A stretch of DNA of 59,300 nt from positions 1-59,300 of the forward strand of contig JAFGWZ010000003.1 in the NCBI GenBank assembly GCA_016936905.1. Reading direction: 5' to 3'. Within the stretch, counting starts at the first letter, position 1. Every line of letters begins with the position of its first letter. Source of the stretch: Deltaproteobacteria bacterium (GTDB lineage: Bacteria; Desulfobacterota; Syntrophia; Syntrophales; UBA6807). A program made the translations under genes and the position numbers. Shown piece after piece: positions 34,899 through 46,379 of this stretch. The notes beneath the pieces were generated by a model, which saw only the letters and a program-made list of their open reading frames with translations, did not search any database and was not told where the DNA came from.

Positions 34899-37712
34899 TT
34901 ACGTAAATAATACCTTTCTGAGGAATGACCCTGTCAGCGACTGTTCCACCGCCGCCACTTCTTCCGGAGTTCCGGCTGCCACGATGTGCCCTCCCCGCTG
35001 CCCCCCCTCCGGGCCGAGATCGATCACGTAATCCGATGATTTTATCACGTCCAGGTTGTGTTCGATGACAACAACCGTATTGCCCATATCGACGAGCCGC
35101 ATCAGAACTTCAAGGAGTTGATGGATGTCGGCAAAATGCAATCCGATCGTCGGTTCATCCAGAATATACAGGGTGTTGGTCGTCATCTTCTTTCCCAGTT
35201 CCCTCGCCAGCTTCACCCGTTGAGCCTCTCCCCCGGAGAGCGTCGTCGCCGACTGACCTAATCGAATATATCCGAGACCGACATCGAAGAGAAGCTGGAG
35301 CTTCGACTTTATGATGGGGATGTTGTCAAAAAAGGAGAGGGCCTGCATGACCGTCATGTCGAGAACTTCCGCAATATTTTTACCCTTGTATCTCACATCG
35401 AGGGTATCGGCATTGAACCGCCTGCCCCTGCAGACGTCGCAGGTGATGTATACGTCGGGGAGAAAGTGCATTTCAATCTTCTTCAGCCCGTCGCCCTGGC
35501 AGGCCTCGCACCGTCCCCCTTTTACATTGAAGCTGAACCGGCCCGGCTTATACCCGCGGACCTTCGATTCGGGAAGCTGACTGAACAGGTCCCGTATATA
35601 TGTCAACACACCGGTATAGGTAGCGGGATTTGACCGGGGCGTCCGCCCGATCGGCTGCTGGTCCATCGTAATAATCCGTTCGATACCGCCGAGATCCCGA
35701 ATTTTCTTTATTTTGCCGATCTTACCGCGGTACTTGTTGAGTCGCCGGCGCAGCACTTTGTAGAGTGTTTCGATGACCATGGTGCTTTTCCCCGACCCCG
35801 ACACGCCGGTGACGCAGGTAAAAAGCCCCACGGGAATCTTGATCTCGATGTTTTTCAGATTATTTTCCGAGGCACCTTCCATGATGATGAACCGTTCTGG
35901 ATGATTGCGGCGGCTCTTCGGCAGGGGAATAGAGAGCCGGCCGGAGAGATATCCTCCGGTGAGAGAACCAGCGGATTGACAGACATGCTCCGGAGTCCCC
36001 TGTACGACCACGTGGCCGCCATGAACTCCCGCACCGGGACCAATGTCGATAATGTGATCGGCGGCATGCATCATCTCCGTGTCATGTTCCACCACCAGGA
36101 CAGTATTTCCCATGTCCCGGAGCCGCTTGAGGGTTGAAATGAGCCGGGCATTATCCCGGGGATGGAGCCCCACCGTCGGTTCATCAAGGACATACAGGAC
36201 CCCGACGAGGCCCGAACCGATCTGCGTTGCCAGGCGGATCCGCTGCTCTTCTCCTCCAGAGAGGGTCCCCGCCGATCGCGCAAGGTCGAGATAATCCATC
36301 CCTACGTCAACGAGAAATCTCAGTCGTTCCCTGATCTCTTTCAAGATTCGTCGAGCGATGGTGAATTCATGTGAGGGGAGCCTGAGATTTTCGAAAAAAG
36401 CCTGGCATTCTCCAATCGACATCCGACAGAGGTCGTAAATCGTGTAACCGTCAACGGTCACGTGAAGGCTTTCCGGCCTCAACCGGCCGCCGTTGCAGGC
36501 GGGGCACTCCGTTACGTTCATATACCGGGAGAGATCATGCCGTACATCGTTCGAATCGGCTTCCATATACAGCCGCTGCAATCTGCTCATAACCCCTTCG
36601 AAGGGCTTTGCATAAAAAAATCTCCGGCCGCTTCTGTCGAGATAGAACTGAATTTCCTCACCTCCCGACCCATACAGCAGCACCGTTCGTATCGTTTCGG
36701 GTAATTGATTGTACGGGGTGTTGATATCAAAGGCGTAGTGATTGGAAAGGGATTCCAGCATCTGGTGAAAGAAAAGGGACTTTTTCCCATCCCAGGGGGC
36801 AATGGCTCCCGCTCTAATGGAAAGGCCCGGTTCGGGGACGATGAGTTGCTCGTCAAAGTATATCTTGGTCCCCAAACCGCCGCATTCGGGACAGGCACCA
36901 TAGGGGCTGTTGAAAGAAAACATCCGGGGAGACAGCTCGGCGATGCTGATGCCGCAATCGTCACAGGCAAATGCCTCGCTGAATATAACCTCATCGCCGT
37001 CAGCGATCTGAACCTTGATGAGGCCGTCGGAGAGCCCGAGCGTCATCTCCACCGAATCCCTCAGGCGCTGCCGTATCCCTTCTTTGATGATCAGGCGATC
37101 GACCACCACATCGATATCGTGACGCTTGTTTTTATCCAGGGCGATATCTTCCGAAAGATCGCGAATGACGCCGTCGACCCGAACCCTGACAAACCCTTCT
37201 TTCCGAAGTTTTTTAAGTTCTTTCTGAAACTCACCCTTTTTCCCCCTGGCCACCGGGGCGAGGATATTTATTTTCGTATTCTCGGGGTAGGACAGTATTG
37301 TTTCGACCATCGTGTCAACGGTCTGCGACCTGATCTCTTTGCCGCACCGGAAACAATGAGGCACGCCGATCCGCGCGAAGAGGAGACGGAGATAATCATA
37401 TATTTCCGTCACCGTTCCAACAGTGGACCGGGGATTCTGGCTTGCTGTCCGCTGTTCTATAGCAATGGCCGGAGAGAGACCCTCGATAGATTCAACATCA
37501 GGTTTGTCCATCTGTCCGATGAACTGACGGGCATAGGTTGACAGGGATTCGACATATCGCCGCTGTCCTTCCGCATAGATGGTATCGAAGGCCAGAGAGG
37601 ACTTCCCGGAACCGCTGACCCCGGTTATCACCACAAGCCGGTCTCGTGGTATGTCTATATTGATATTCTTGAGGTTGTGCTGGCAGGCGCCTATGATCCT
37701 TATATACTTCAT
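34899..37712 (-). CDS. uvrA: Excinuclease ABC subunit A
   Basis: The 937-aa protein has two ABC modules ([20 protein letters not shown]), [16 protein letters not shown] and zinc-finger Cys clusters. Confidence 0.95.
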   Translation of the reverse strand: MKYIRIIGACQHNLKNINIDIPRDRLVVITGVSGSGKSSLAFDTIYAEGQRRYVESLSTYARQFIGQMDKPDVESIEGLSPAIAIEQRTASQNPRSTVGTVTEIYDYLRLLFARIGVPHCFRCGKEIRSQTVDTMVETILSYPENTKINILAPVARGKKGEFQKELKKLRKEGFVRVRVDGVIRDLSEDIALDKNKRHDIDVVVDRLIIKEGIRQRLRDSVEMTLGLSDGLIKVQIADGDEVIFSEAFACDDCGISIAELSPRMFSFNSPYGACPECGGLGTKIYFDEQLIVPEPGLSIRAGAIAPWDGKKSLFFHQMLESLSNHYAFDINTPYNQLPETIRTVLLYGSGGEEIQFYLDRSGRRFFYAKPFEGVMSRLQRLYMEADSNDVRHDLSRYMNVTECPACNGGRLRPESLHVTVDGYTIYDLCRMSIGECQAFFENLRLPSHEFTIARRILKEIRERLRFLVDVGMDYLDLARSAGTLSGGEEQRIRLATQIGSGLVGVLYVLDEPTVGLHPRDNARLISTLKRLRDMGNTVLVVEHDTEMMHAADHIIDIGPGAGVHGGHVVVQGTPEHVCQSAGSLTGGYLSGRLSIPLPKSRRNHPERFIIMEGASENNLKNIEIKIPVGLFTCVTGVSGSGKSTMVIETLYKVLRRRLNKYRGKIGKIKKIRDLGGIERIITMDQQPIGRTPRSNPATYTGVLTYIRDLFSQLPESKVRGYKPGRFSFNVKGGRCEACQGDGLKKIEMHFLPDVYITCDVCRGRRFNADTLDVRYKGKNIAEVLDMTVMQALSFFDNIPIIKSKLQLLFDVGLGYIRLGQSATTLSGGEAQRVKLARELGKKMTTNTLYILDEPTIGLHFADIHQLLEVLMRLVDMGNTVVVIEHNLDVIKSSDYVIDLGPEGGQRGGHIVAAGTPEEVAAVEQSLTGSFLRKVLFT

Positions 37713-37792
37713 GATTCACATTACGTCTCTCCGCCTGAGGCATTACCCCCCGACCGGAGAGCGCTCCCTGAAAACCGGCTGACAATACATCC

Positions 37793-38761
37793 TTAGAGTT
37801 TTATTTCGATATGGGACCTTTTTTTCTCTTCAATCAGCCATTCCTCGAATTTCTTCTCTACTTTCTTGTTCCCGATGGTCTCTATAATTTCCTCCTTGAC
37901 CGATTCGATGGGCTTCACTCCTTCGCCCCGCTTGTCAACGACCTGAATAATGTGAAACCCCACCGGTGATTCGATAACGTCGCTGATTTCCCCTATGTTC
38001 AAGTTGAAAGCCACTTTTTCTACCTCAGGAAACATAAGGCCTTTCTGTAAAAACCCGAGATCGCCTCCCGCTTTTGCCGCCGGCCCCTGAGATACTTCAG
38101 CGGCCAGGACGCTGAAGGATACTCCTTCTTTTAGCTTCTGCAAGGCTTTCCCCGCCTGTTCCCGCGCTGCTTCTTCATTCCGGTGATCCCCGTTCCTGGG
38201 ACGAATGATGAGAATCTGTTTGATTCGGACCGCTTCCTTTCCCTCATATTCTTTCAGATGCTCACGATAATAGGTGCCGATTTCTTCTTTTGTTACGGTG
38301 ATCTTACTCCTGACTTCCGCCCCCACGAAATTCCTTTTCGTGAGATGGTCCCTGACCTCTTCCCTGTATTCTTCAAAGGTTCCACCCAATCGCTCGACCT
38401 CACTTTTCATCTCCCCGAGGGTGATTTTCCGTTGTGACAGGATATTGTTAATCGCATTATCAACCTCCCTGTCGGTCGCCCTGAGGCCTCGTTCTTTCGC
38501 CTTCTGTGTAACGAGAAGCTGGTCGATCAACTCGTTCAGGACCATCCGCCGAACCTGCTTTTCAATTTCGTCCCGCTGTCCCTCCGGGGCCGACGCTTCG
38601 ATCCGTTTCATGTAGGATTCTACATTCCTGTTCAGCTCAGACAGGGTAATCACGTCCTTGTTAACAATGGCAACTATCCGATCAACAGCAGCCACCGATG
38701 CCGTCGCCGTCATGATAACGGTGACAACGAACACCACAGTAACAAGCCTCACATATTTCAT
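37793..38761 (-). CDS. SurA-like periplasmic peptidyl-prolyl isomerase (parvulin type)
   Basis: It has the signal peptide MKYVRLVTVVFVVTVIMTATASVAA, a SurA_N-like region (DRIVAIVNKDVITLSEL) and a PpiC domain (GGDLGFLQKGLMFPEVEKVAF...SPVGFHIIQV). Confidence 0.8.
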   Translation of the reverse strand: MKYVRLVTVVFVVTVIMTATASVAAVDRIVAIVNKDVITLSELNRNVESYMKRIEASAPEGQRDEIEKQVRRMVLNELIDQLLVTQKAKERGLRATDREVDNAINNILSQRKITLGEMKSEVERLGGTFEEYREEVRDHLTKRNFVGAEVRSKITVTKEEIGTYYREHLKEYEGKEAVRIKQILIIRPRNGDHRNEEAAREQAGKALQKLKEGVSFSVLAAEVSQGPAAKAGGDLGFLQKGLMFPEVEKVAFNLNIGEISDVIESPVGFHIIQVVDKRGEGVKPIESVKEEIIETIGNKKVEKKFEEWLIEEKKRSHIEIKL

Positions 38762-38800
38762 AGTCATTCCCTCACGGTAGTGATAGTTCATCGGAAGAAC

Positions 38801-41800
38801 TCAACTGTAGTTCACTTCCGTCGAGCCGGCATCACCGTCCCGGACACACAGCCCGTCGAGCAGGCGCTCGGCTTTCGTTATAATCTCCTCTCCCCTGACA
38901 CCGGCCATAGGAACCCTCAGCCGGTAATCGGGGGTCAATTTCATTCCCTTGAATTGCTTGTCCGTTGAAAGTTCGACGATTCTCAGCGGATCGACGGGGC
39001 TTTCTCTGTGGAACGTCACTATCATCATGGCGCCGTCATAGTCCATCTTCGTTGCCATAATGTTTTTGAGCCGATTCCTCAGTTTGATAACCTCCATAAG
39101 ATTGTTCACCTCCGTGGGAACCGGCCCGTAACAGTCGATCAACTCATCCCTGATCTCCTGAAGTGTTTCATCAACGTCAGCCTGAGACATCTTTTTATAT
39201 GTCACGAGGCGCCTGGTCATATCACCAATGTAATCATCGGGGATATATGCCGACAGACCAACATTTATTTCCGGCCTAATCTCATGGTCCGGCATGTCGT
39301 CTCCCCGCATTTCCCTCACTGCCTGTTCCATTAACTCGGTATACATCTCGTATCCCACGGCGGAAACGTGGCCCGACTGAGACACCCCGAGAAAATTTCC
39401 CGCACCGCGAATCTCCAGGTCATGCATGGAGACATTGAACCCCGAACCTGGTTCGGAGAATTCCTGGATGATGCTCAGCCGTTTCCGGGCATCCCGGGAA
39501 AGCATGGCACCCTTCGGGATCAACAGTACCGCGTGGGCAGCTTCCTTTGATCGCCCCACCCTGCCGCGAAGCTGATAGAGCTGCGCCAATCCGAATCTGT
39601 CGGCACGATTGATGATCATCGTATTTGCCATGGGGATATCGATTCCCGAACCGATGATCGTGGTGCACAAGAGGAGATTATACTCCTTCTTGATAAACTT
39701 TACCATTACATCTTCCAGTTCCCGGGGCTTCATCCGGCCATGGGCAATGCCGATTGACGCCTCGGGAAGGAGCTTCTGGAGAAAACGGCCCATGCTGTAG
39801 ATTGAGTTCACCCGGTCGTGAACAAAGAATATCTGGCCGTCCCTGGACAATTCCCATAGAACTGCTTCCCTTATAACATCCCCATCGAACTCGGAGACTG
39901 AAACCCGCACCGCCTTCCGGTCCTCGGGCGGCGTGTCGATGATCGAGAGGTCCCTGATACCCACGAGGGATAATTGAAGCGTTCTCGGGATCGGGGTCGC
40001 CGTCAAGGTGAGCACGTCAACCAGCGCCCTGAGCTTTTTCAACCGTTCCTTGTCTTTCACGCCGAAACGCTGCTCCTCGTCGATGACGACCAGCCCCAGG
40101 TCCTTGAAGCGGACATCGTCCTGCAGAATTCGCTGCGTCCCGATCAGGACATCGACCACCCCTCTGTTGACATCCTCGACGATCTGCCGCTGGGCCGCCT
40201 TTTTTTTGAACCTGTTTAGCACTTCGATACGAATCGGATACTTCTCGAAGCGTCTGGAAAAGGTCTGATAATGCTGCTGTGCCAGAATCGTGGTTGGAAC
40301 CAGCACCGCCACCTGCTTTCCATCCATGACGACCCTGAAGGACGCCCGCACCGCTACCTCTGTTTTACCGAATCCCGCGTCTCCGCACACGAGGCGGTCC
40401 ATCGGCCTTGAATCACTGAGATCGCCGTTGATGTCGACGATGGCACCGGCCTGGTCAGGCGTTTCTTCATATTCAAATGACGCTGAAAACTCTTCGTAAT
40501 AGCGGTCGAGGCCGGAATACCGGTGGCCGGACATAACCTCCCTGGTCGCGTAGATGGAAATTAAATCCCGGGCGATTGCCTGAACCGATTTTTTTACCTT
40601 CTGTTTCGATTTTTCCCACGATGTTCCCCCGAGCCTTTCGATTGCGGGGCGATACCCGTCGGGTCCGATATACCGCTGGATCTGATCCAGACGGTGAACA
40701 GGCATGTAGAGCTTATCGCCCCCTTCGTACTCGATGACAAGAAAATCGTTTTCCATGCCATGGACGGACAGTTTCAGGAGCCCCCGGTACAGGCCGATTC
40801 CATGATCGCCATGAACGACATAATCACCTTCAGTCAGTTCACCGAACGACTTGAGAAAAAATCCTTCCCTAGTGGAACGACCCTTCCTCCGCTTGATTTT
40901 TTTGCCGAACACTTCTTCATGGCTGATGATGACAAGGTTGAAAGACGGATATGAAAAGCCTTCCGAGATCCCCCCCCTCTTGAGGAGCAGCCGCCCCCGG
41001 TCCCCGTAAACGGCAAGATCGTCAAACAGGGAGGCTTCGCTACAATGCACGGAGAGGGAATATCCCTCAAGGAGATGGGATACCCGTTCGATGTCATCGT
41101 CTCCACAGAGAAAAACAACGAGGCGGTCATCATCGATCCAGGACCGCATCTTCCCGGACAGCGGCATCAGAAGCCCGTTTTCACCCTTGATAACCCTGTC
41201 CTTTTCCTGTCGCAGCCCCACATTTCTTCGAATATCGAAACTGATCGTGCCGGTCGTCTCGCGACTTCCCACACCTATATTCATGCTGTCCAGGTAAATT
41301 GTCTGCCTTCCCTCACGATCACCTGCGAGTTCGTCCAGCGCTGTATAAAACGATCCCTTGTCCAGGTAGAACGCTCCTTTGTCCCGCGCCTTGGCGACCA
41401 GGCGGTCGAGGAAGTGATGGATTCGATCCTCCGATTGCGCAATGGCTTGGTATTCATCGAAAACGACAATGCTCCGCCGGGGGACATGATCGAAGAATGT
41501 CCCCAGCCCGTCAGCATTGACTGCATTGTCATCAGGCCGGTAGTCTCCATAAAAGAGCGAGAGAAACCCTGGGTTCATCGATGACGCAAGCCCGTTCTCA
41601 ACCATTTCGATGAGCCGGTCCCGCTTCGTCCTGGCCAGCCCCAGAGCATGACACCTGTTTCTGATATTCTTCACCGCCGCGGCCACCGCGTCGGGGAAGA
41701 ATATCATTTCATGTGCAGGGGTAAGATGGAAAGAGACAATCTCCCGCTGTGACCGCTGCGTCACGAAATCAAATTCCTTGATCGATTCGATCTCGTCACC

Positions 41801-42397
41801 GATGAACTCGAGCCGCACCGGCACGGAAGCGGCCACGGGGTAGATATCGATAAGGTGACCGCGAACACTGAACTCACCCTTCTCTTCCACGAGAGGACCC
41901 CGGCGATAGCCGCCGGCGGCCAACAGGGCGCAGAACTCATCCCTCTCATAACTGTCCCCGATGGATACCGTTTCCTGAAACTGCCTCAACGCCGCAACAG
42001 GAATGACTTTCTGGAGGGCCGCATCGAGAGGAGCGATAACGACCAACGGTTTCCCCGTGTGCAACCTGGAAAAAATCCTCATTCGACGCGCTGCCAGATC
42101 TCCCTGGGACGACATGACATCGAAGGAAACAAGATCCCACGGGGGCAGCAACAACACGTCATCGTCACCGAGAAAAAAAAGGAAGTCCCCGTACAACCCC
42201 TCCGCCTCTTCAATGGTGGATGTAACGACGACAACCGTCTGTTGTACCTTCTTATAGAGAATGGAAAGGATAAAGGCCCTGGCGGAACCGTGGAGCCCCC
42301 GGATGGTCACACAGTCGTCACCGCGGGATATCCTGTCCACCAGATTCTGTAGATTTGTATCGGGATGTATCGATCCTTTATTGACGATTTTTCTCAC
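38801..42397 (-). CDS. mfd: Transcription-repair coupling factor
   Basis: The 1198-aa protein has GDYVVHGDHGIG, the DEAD-like helicase motifs GDAGFGKTEVA and VIDEEQRFG, and a TRCF C-terminal domain. Confidence 0.95.
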   Translation of the reverse strand: MRKIVNKGSIHPDTNLQNLVDRISRGDDCVTIRGLHGSARAFILSILYKKVQQTVVVVTSTIEEAEGLYGDFLFFLGDDDVLLLPPWDLVSFDVMSSQGDLAARRMRIFSRLHTGKPLVVIAPLDAALQKVIPVAALRQFQETVSIGDSYERDEFCALLAAGGYRRGPLVEEKGEFSVRGHLIDIYPVAASVPVRLEFIGDEIESIKEFDFVTQRSQREIVSFHLTPAHEMIFFPDAVAAAVKNIRNRCHALGLARTKRDRLIEMVENGLASSMNPGFLSLFYGDYRPDDNAVNADGLGTFFDHVPRRSIVVFDEYQAIAQSEDRIHHFLDRLVAKARDKGAFYLDKGSFYTALDELAGDREGRQTIYLDSMNIGVGSRETTGTISFDIRRNVGLRQEKDRVIKGENGLLMPLSGKMRSWIDDDRLVVFLCGDDDIERVSHLLEGYSLSVHCSEASLFDDLAVYGDRGRLLLKRGGISEGFSYPSFNLVIISHEEVFGKKIKRRKGRSTREGFFLKSFGELTEGDYVVHGDHGIGLYRGLLKLSVHGMENDFLVIEYEGGDKLYMPVHRLDQIQRYIGPDGYRPAIERLGGTSWEKSKQKVKKSVQAIARDLISIYATREVMSGHRYSGLDRYYEEFSASFEYEETPDQAGAIVDINGDLSDSRPMDRLVCGDAGFGKTEVAVRASFRVVMDGKQVAVLVPTTILAQQHYQTFSRRFEKYPIRIEVLNRFKKKAAQRQIVEDVNRGVVDVLIGTQRILQDDVRFKDLGLVVIDEEQRFGVKDKERLKKLRALVDVLTLTATPIPRTLQLSLVGIRDLSIIDTPPEDRKAVRVSVSEFDGDVIREAVLWELSRDGQIFFVHDRVNSIYSMGRFLQKLLPEASIGIAHGRMKPRELEDVMVKFIKKEYNLLLCTTIIGSGIDIPMANTMIINRADRFGLAQLYQLRGRVGRSKEAAHAVLLIPKGAMLSRDARKRLSIIQEFSEPGSGFNVSMHDLEIRGAGNFLGVSQSGHVSAVGYEMYTELMEQAVREMRGDDMPDHEIRPEINVGLSAYIPDDYIGDMTRRLVTYKKMSQADVDETLQEIRDELIDCYGPVPTEVNNLMEVIKLRNRLKNIMATKMDYDGAMMIVTFHRESPVDPLRIVELSTDKQFKGMKLTPDYRLRVPMAGVRGEEIITKAERLLDGLCVRDGDAGSTEVNYS

Positions 42398-42532
42398 GGT
42401 CTGTCAACGCGATTCCTGTTTCATTGCTATACCGGCCGGTCATACCTCCTGTCATCACCCTCCTCGCCGAAGCATGTACCTCTATGTTCATGGTATTATG
42501 ATGTGTTTCGCCCTCTCGACATTCACAACCGG

Positions 42533-43444
42533 TCACGACAGGGCAAGCATTCGACTCAATGCTCGATGTGCCCCCCGTCTCATATCGTCGGGAATGGTAA
42601 CGATATGTTTCGTTTCGATCAATGAATCCCTGATATCCTCCAGTGTTGTCTCTTTCATGTCGACACAGGTAAGTTTTTCCGATACGGGAATAAATTCCTT
42701 TTCAGGGTTGTTCTTCTTCAGCTGATGAATGATTCCCAACTCGGTACCGATAATGATTCGCGCCGCCGCCGTTTCTCTTGCGTATCTGATAATTCCCCCC
42801 GTACTACCGATGAAGTCAGCCATTTCAAGAACCGCCGGGCTGCATTCTGGGTGAGCGGCAAACGGCGCGCCAGGATACCGTTGCTGCACGGCTCTCACCT
42901 CCTCCGCCGTTATGAAATGATGAACCGGACAATAGCCTTTCCAGGGGATAATCTCCTTATCGGTGAATTTCGCCGTGTACCTCGCCAGGTTTCCATCGGG
43001 TACCATCAGTATTTTTTGTGCGCCGGTGAGAGAATTCACAACCTTAACGGCATTGGCGGATGTACAGCAGATATCGCTCTGCGCCTTGATCTCCGCCGAC
43101 GAATTGACATACGTTACGACGGCGGCATCGGGATGCTCCCTCCGTGCTGCCTCCAGATCTTCTACTGTAATCATATCAGCGAGAGGGCATCCCGCCTCTT
43201 CTTTCGGCAACAGGACCGTCTTGTCGGGAGAAAGGATCGACGCGCTCTCCGCCATGAAACGAACGCCGGCAAACACGATAATATCGGCCGTTGTCTTCGC
43301 CGCCTCAATGCTCAGCGCGAGAGAATCCCCGAGGATGTCGGCGATATCCTGAATCTCTCCCCGTTGATAATAATGAGCGAGCAGGACGGCATTTTTTTCC
43401 TTCAGCAACGTTCTGATTTCTGACGGCAAACCGGTATTGTCCAT
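42533..43444 (-). CDS. nadA: Quinolinate synthase
   Basis: NAVLLAHYYQRGEIQDIAD, MAESA, VTYVNSSAE and HPEC are present. I prefer the ATG at 43444. Confidence 0.9.
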   Translation of the reverse strand: MDNTGLPSEIRTLLKEKNAVLLAHYYQRGEIQDIADILGDSLALSIEAAKTTADIIVFAGVRFMAESASILSPDKTVLLPKEEAGCPLADMITVEDLEAARREHPDAAVVTYVNSSAEIKAQSDICCTSANAVKVVNSLTGAQKILMVPDGNLARYTAKFTDKEIIPWKGYCPVHHFITAEEVRAVQQRYPGAPFAAHPECSPAVLEMADFIGSTGGIIRYARETAAARIIIGTELGIIHQLKKNNPEKEFIPVSEKLTCVDMKETTLEDIRDSLIETKHIVTIPDDMRRGAHRALSRMLALS

Positions 43445-43702
43445 TGAGCCTTCCCTATCTCTTTTTTCCATATCATCGCCGAGCGTACCAGATCAACAAG
43501 GCGATCTTTGTTTTTATCCCATCGAGGGATATTAATCAAGCCCAAAGGGGCTTTATCCCGTCGCTTTCGCCCCGGCCCGGAGAGGATTTTTCAAAAAACT
43601 TACAGCCTTTTGCAAGCAATCCCCCACACCTCCCTTCGCTCTTAACCTCTTTGACCAGTTTCGATCCCATGAAATTTCCTTTCTGTGGCAACCCGTAAAA
43701 TA

Positions 43703-43731
43703 TTGACAACAGAACATGTTTAGGATATGAA
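43703..43731 (+). promoter_or_regulatory. Candidate sigma-70 promoter for moeA
   Basis: TTGACA (43703-43708), 17-nt spacer, TATGAA (43726-43731). Confidence 0.35.
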
Positions 43732-43769
43732 ACCGAAACACAAAGGGAACATGCGCGGGGAACCCACCG

Positions 43770-45011
43770 ATGATAACAGTAAAAGAAGCTTTACAAATCA
43801 TTCTCGATGCGACAGTTCCTCTGAAATTTGAAAAAATAGCCATTCTTGAATCGCAGGGCAGGGTCTTGGCAGAAGATGTATACGCGCCCCGCGATATCCC
43901 TCCTCGTGATAATTCGGCGATGGACGGTTTCGGGCTCATATCGGAAGACACGGCGGGGGCGTCAAAGGACACCCCCCTGCTGTTCGATATCATAGAAGAA
44001 ATACCCGCCGGCTCTATGCCCGAAAAAATAGTCGGTTTTGCCGAAGCGGTCCGGATCATGACGGGAGCGCCCATCCCCGAAGGCGTCGATGCCGTCATCC
44101 CCGTGGAAAATACGGAAGTCGACGGAAAACAGGTAAAGATATTCGAGGAGGCCCGCATAGGGCAAAATGTTCGATACCGGGCGGAAGATGTCAAGGAAGG
44201 CGAACAGGTTCTCTCCCGCGGGAGGATTATCAGGCCCGCTGAAATCGGAATGCTTGCCTCCCTTGGCCGTTCATTCGTTCAGGTCTACCAGAAGCCTCTC
44301 GTGGCAATCATGACGTCGGGAGACGAACTGATCGATGTCGATGGCGTGGCAACCCCCGAAAAGATCATCAGCAGCAATACTTACTCCGGTGCCGCCCAGG
44401 TCATGGAATGCCTCGCCGTTCCCATGCTCGTCGGAATTGCCCGTGACGCGAAGGAAGATCTCATCGCAAAGTTTACCACCGCGCTCCGTGCCGATGTGAT
44501 TGTTTCATCCGCCGGCGTGTCCGTCGGCGATTATGACTATGTCAAGGATGTCATGAAAGAAATGGGCGTTACCATCGATTTTCATCGGGTCTCCCAAAGA
44601 CCGGGCAGACCCTTTACCTTTGGGCGGGCAGGCGAAAAACTCTTTTTCGGACTTCCCGGCAACCCCGTTTCTTCAATGGTGACCTTTGAAGAATACGTCA
44701 GACCCGCTTTGTTAAAAATGTCGGGGCATCGAAGGCTGTTTCGAAGGACCATCACCGCCGTTCTGAAAGAAGATATTAAGAAAAAAAAGGGGCTCCGGTT
44801 TTTCATTCGAGGCATGGTCACCAAGGAAGATGGAAAATATTATGTGGCAACAACGGGAGAACAGGGCTCGGGAATCCTGAAATCGATGGTGCTGGCCAAC
44901 GGGATCATCGTGCTGCCGGAAGACACGGTATCCTGTAAGGCGGGAGACACGGTTACCGTCCAGCTGATCGACCGGTCTTTCGAGGCGGACGAACAACCGG
45001 CCTATTTGTAA
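43770..45011 (+). CDS. moeA: Molybdopterin molybdotransferase
   Basis: PPRDNSAMDGF, VRIMTGAPIPEG, SGDEL, SSAGVSVGDYDY and LPGNPVSS are canonical MoeA motifs. Confidence 0.9.
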   Translation: MITVKEALQIILDATVPLKFEKIAILESQGRVLAEDVYAPRDIPPRDNSAMDGFGLISEDTAGASKDTPLLFDIIEEIPAGSMPEKIVGFAEAVRIMTGAPIPEGVDAVIPVENTEVDGKQVKIFEEARIGQNVRYRAEDVKEGEQVLSRGRIIRPAEIGMLASLGRSFVQVYQKPLVAIMTSGDELIDVDGVATPEKIISSNTYSGAAQVMECLAVPMLVGIARDAKEDLIAKFTTALRADVIVSSAGVSVGDYDYVKDVMKEMGVTIDFHRVSQRPGRPFTFGRAGEKLFFGLPGNPVSSMVTFEEYVRPALLKMSGHRRLFRRTITAVLKEDIKKKKGLRFFIRGMVTKEDGKYYVATTGEQGSGILKSMVLANGIIVLPEDTVSCKAGDTVTVQLIDRSFEADEQPAYL

Positions 45012-45069
45012 TTTGTTTTCACTGTTCTTTATGCTATACTGACGCCATTTTAACAGGATATAAAAGCAA

Positions 45070-45167
45070 GGAAGTGCCAAGGTCACTGGTGGGCCTCCCG
45101 GACTTCAAATCCGGTGTGAGGGGCTAACTACCTCTCAGGTGGGTTCGATTCCCATGCACTTCCGCCA
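45070..45167 (+). tRNA. selC: tRNA-Sec (anticodon UCA), CCA encoded
   Basis: GGAAGTGC...CCGGA-CTTCAAA-TCCGG...long variable arm...GGGTTCGATTCCCAT-GCACTTCC-G-CCA. The 8-bp acceptor stem and extra-long variable arm are typical of bacterial tRNA-Sec. Confidence 0.9.
45142..45167 (+). repeat. Left copy (attL-like) of the direct repeat, equal to the 3' end of tRNA-Sec
   Basis: GGTTCGATTCCCATGCACTTCCGCCA recurs at 48527-48552 with 21/26 identities. Confidence 0.6.
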
Positions 45168-45204
45168 TAACTACTTGATTTTATTGACTCAGGCATGGCA
45201 TTTT

Positions 45205-45700
45205 TCATCCCCCATTCATCCTCGACAATGGGATTATCTTCCGTTCCATAAGCCGTCTTTTCGCTTCAACCTGAACCTGTGCATACTTCAAAACGCTGTC
45301 TCGTCTCGCATGATCCGTTATCATCTGAACCTCGTCAACGCTCAACCCTTTTTCATTGATGTACTGAGAACAGGTTGAATGCTTCAGACCCGCATACATT
45401 CTTATGCTTTCACCAACCTTGTCACATGCTGAATTCCACAAATCAACCAGGTAATCATGCTGATACGGATTTCATGCAACTGATAGGGGTTTACATTAAA
45501 CCACGGTACCAAATGATTTTTTTCGGGGCATTGGAGAAAATACATCGGTAGTCCTGAACCGTTCGGTCAGTCCGTTTCGAAGATCCCTTGCCCGGCATGG
45601 TCAGCTCCCCCTTTTTGCTTTATCGCGGCTGTTTTAAGGAATGTTCTTCCATTTCAGCTCATTGCCTGCCCCGTATCGATTATCAATTGAGGTAAAACGA
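45205..45700 (-). pseudogene. Tyrosine recombinase/phage integrase remnant (frameshifts and stops, N-terminal part missing)
   Basis: The 78-aa ORF ends ...AGLKHSTCSQYINEKGLSVDEVQMITDHARRDSVLKYAQV, which is the R-H-x-x...Y catalytic C-terminus pattern. Upstream pieces in other frames read GELTMPGKGSSKRTDRTVQDY and IDTGQA.. NELKWKNI, integrase box I-like. Confidence 0.6.
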
Positions 45701-46207
45701 TTCCGAACGGTTCTAATAACTGAATTGATAAGATTTTAAACGGCTTGAGTATAAGATAGGGGGATCTCATATGTCAAAAAGAATATTTGCTGAAATGTTA
45801 AATATGGTCGGGTAGTTGCGGAGAAAAGGCCTTATTCGATGCGGCGACATAAAAAATTTTTCTTCACACATAATGCCGGAGTGGATAAGGAGTGACAAAA
45901 AGCACGTAATCAATACAGGGAATGTGAGAGGCACAAAAAAGTCATTCTTAAGGACATTGCTGATGCCGCAACCTGTACCATTGGATAACCTTTCAGAAGG
46001 GCGGTTAAAAATGACTGTTTTAATGGAAAGAAGAAATCACTTTCATTTCTTTTTAATTCTCGCCTGAAATGTCTTCACCCATGAGAAGAAATGCCTCGAT
46101 GTCTACAAGAATAACCTCTTATAATCACTACATTATGAACCACAGGCACGGCAGTCCACGCGTGGGAATATGTCATCACGGCTATCGATCCATCATACCA
46201 ATAAAAA

Positions 46208-46236
46208 TTGACATTTATTTTGTTTAACTGTATCGT
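46208..46236 (+). promoter_or_regulatory. Candidate sigma-70 promoter for the histidine kinase gene
   Basis: TTGACA (46208-46213), 17-nt spacer, TATCGT (46231-46236). Confidence 0.4.
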
Positions 46237-46379
46237 AACAGCGTTTTAATAATAATATTGTATGCTTGTTTCTTCCTGATCATGTAGAATCGCAATAGAG
46301 AATGAAAAAGGAGCCGTAATACTCTTCGGCTTCCCTAGGTAATAATTACCTTAAGCCCCTGATCTGTAGTGGAGGGGAC

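Noticed and set aside
45816-46067. An 83-aa TTG-initiated ORF inside the AT-rich part of the selC islet.
   Set aside because: It has no RBS, a Lys/Arg-rich low-complexity translation and no homology I can recognise. It is probably non-coding spacer, though a small island-borne gene cannot be excluded.
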